Shown here: piece by piece, positions 36,456 through 37,454 of the stretch
How the letters are laid out: each line of letters starts with the position of its first letter
How positions within the stretch are numbered: position 1 is the stretch's first letter
Virus genome (UHGV): UHGV-2036287
DNA length: 37,454 nt
DNA from: a virus
Direction: 5' to 3' (one strand)
The notes under the pieces: generated by a model
Told to the model about the DNA's origin: nothing
The model's database searches: none
What the model saw: the letters and a program-made list of their open reading frames with translations, nothing else
Position numbers and translations under genes: made by a program

Positions 36456-37070
36456 TCAGCTGGCAAGTGCCAGTGGCGCTTCCGGCCAGCTGATTTCAGG
36501 TGCCGTGCTGATATCCAGTGCGTTCAGCTCGTCGATATAATCCAGCACGGCGTTCAGTTTTGCCGTTTCTTCTGGTGTCAGACTGCGACCAGCACGCAGT
36601 TTGAGGTTGATAAGATCGACGGACGCCATCGCCTGTTTCACCCGTTGCTGGCGTTGCTGTCTGGCAACCTCCAGTTCTGCGGCTCGCTGCCGTTCAGTAT
36701 CGGTTACCCACGCCTCACCGTTCCAGGTATCCCATGGCGTGGCCGGCTGTTTTGTGGTGGTGTCCGCCGGGTAATCACCCGGTTGGGTAATCAGAACGGG
36801 GTTACCGTTCTCCGTGCTGTATACCGTCTCGCCGCGGTGATCAGGCACATGCTCCCACCCGTTCAGCGTGGCAGTCCGGCAAACCACGTAACCCGAAATT
36901 GCCTCCGGCGGTGCATCGGCGCACGAATGTGCCGGAGTACCCACCCCAAGGGCGAGATACTCCACAGAGGATGAGGTGTATTCCCGGGTTTCCTCGTCAT
37001 AGTGATATACAGTGATCTCGCCCGCTACAGTGGCGATACCGTTTTCATCCAGAACTGCAGTGTTACTCAT
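36456..37070 (-). CDS. Tail fibre assembly protein (Mu U / P2 G family), opposite strand
   Basis: 204 aa; conserved C-terminal region (LTPEETAKLNAVLDYIDELNALDIS); translationally coupled (TAATG) to the upstream minus-strand fibre-tip ORF. Confidence 0.7.
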   Translation of the reverse strand: MSNTAVLDENGIATVAGEITVYHYDEETREYTSSSVEYLALGVGTPAHSCADAPPEAISGYVVCRTATLNGWEHVPDHRGETVYSTENGNPVLITQPGDYPADTTTKQPATPWDTWNGEAWVTDTERQRAAELEVARQQRQQRVKQAMASVDLINLKLRAGRSLTPEETAKLNAVLDYIDELNALDISTAPEISWPEAPLALAS

Positions 37071-37454
37071 TAAACTGCCCTCACAATGTAATTAAGTGCA
37101 ATGCTACGGGGTCTGACAGTGATACCCTTCGCATACCCGCTTCTGATAGAGGTCAGAATAGTAGCCTGCATACCATTGTCTGACATTGCCACGACAGGAT
37201 CGCTGAATGTTGTCCCGTCCGGCATTTTAAAGCTGCCCTCACGAAGGTCTGTAATGGAATCTTCATTGTTGAATCCCATGCCGACTATCCCCGAGGTTCC
37301 CGTAGTGTCCTGGTTATAATAATCCAGCATTGCTGTTCTTAACAGCGTTGCCCCTTGTGCGGACAGCAACTTACGTCCTGTATCAACTTTGCGCCCGTCG
37401 TCCCATCCACGGATAAACTCACCGCGTAAATCGGGAAGACGGAGGGTCGGGTAG
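37070..37454 (-). CDS. Alternative tail-fibre C-terminal domain on the opposite strand (5' end beyond the window)
   Basis: Frame open to the window edge; N-terminal part in the window (YPTLRLPDLRGEFIRGWDDGRK...) is encoded by the inverted repeat and matches residues of the plus-strand fibre; C-terminus ends RPRSIALNYIVRAV, paralleling the plus-strand fibre C-terminus. Confidence 0.6.
   Translation of the reverse strand, partial: YPTLRLPDLRGEFIRGWDDGRKVDTGRKLLSAQGATLLRTAMLDYYNQDTTGTSGIVGMGFNNEDSITDLREGSFKMPDGTTFSDPVVAMSDNGMQATILTSIRSGYAKGITVRPRSIALNYIVRAV
37389..37454. repeat. Right copy of the inverted repeat (truncated by the window edge)
   Basis: Reverse complement is identical to 36104-36169. 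Confidence 0.8.

Overview
This window is almost entirely one transposable (Mu-like) prophage, running from about nt 870 to beyond the right edge, inserted into an autotransporter gene remnant (63-885) that is itself cut on the left by the terminal 62 bp of an IS1 element. The early operon is on the minus strand (9067 down to 1045): Ner-like regulator, wHTH protein, DDE transposase A, AAA+ B-like ATPase, Gam-like, MazG-like and other small genes, GemA-like, Mor-like. A divergent CI-type repressor (9156-9572, +) is followed by an AT-rich two-gene module that I read as RexA/RexB-like (9695-10985), a candidate abortive-infection system and the most interesting accessory locus. A second accessory cluster lies at 11038-13308 on the minus strand: orphan Dam methyltransferase, small unknown ORFs, and a P-loop NTPase interrupted by a 31-N assembly gap. 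The late region (13439 onward, +) encodes lysis genes with an embedded o-spanin, Mu-type head genes and P2-type tail genes. The tail region shows a 261-bp tandem duplication in the tape measure gene, a frameshifted gpD-like gene, and an inverted repeat plus opposite-strand alternative fibre tip and chaperone that suggest an invertible host-range segment cut by the window edge. All calls come from reading the sequence and ORF translations by eye and from memory of protein families; no searches were run, and boundaries are approximate.
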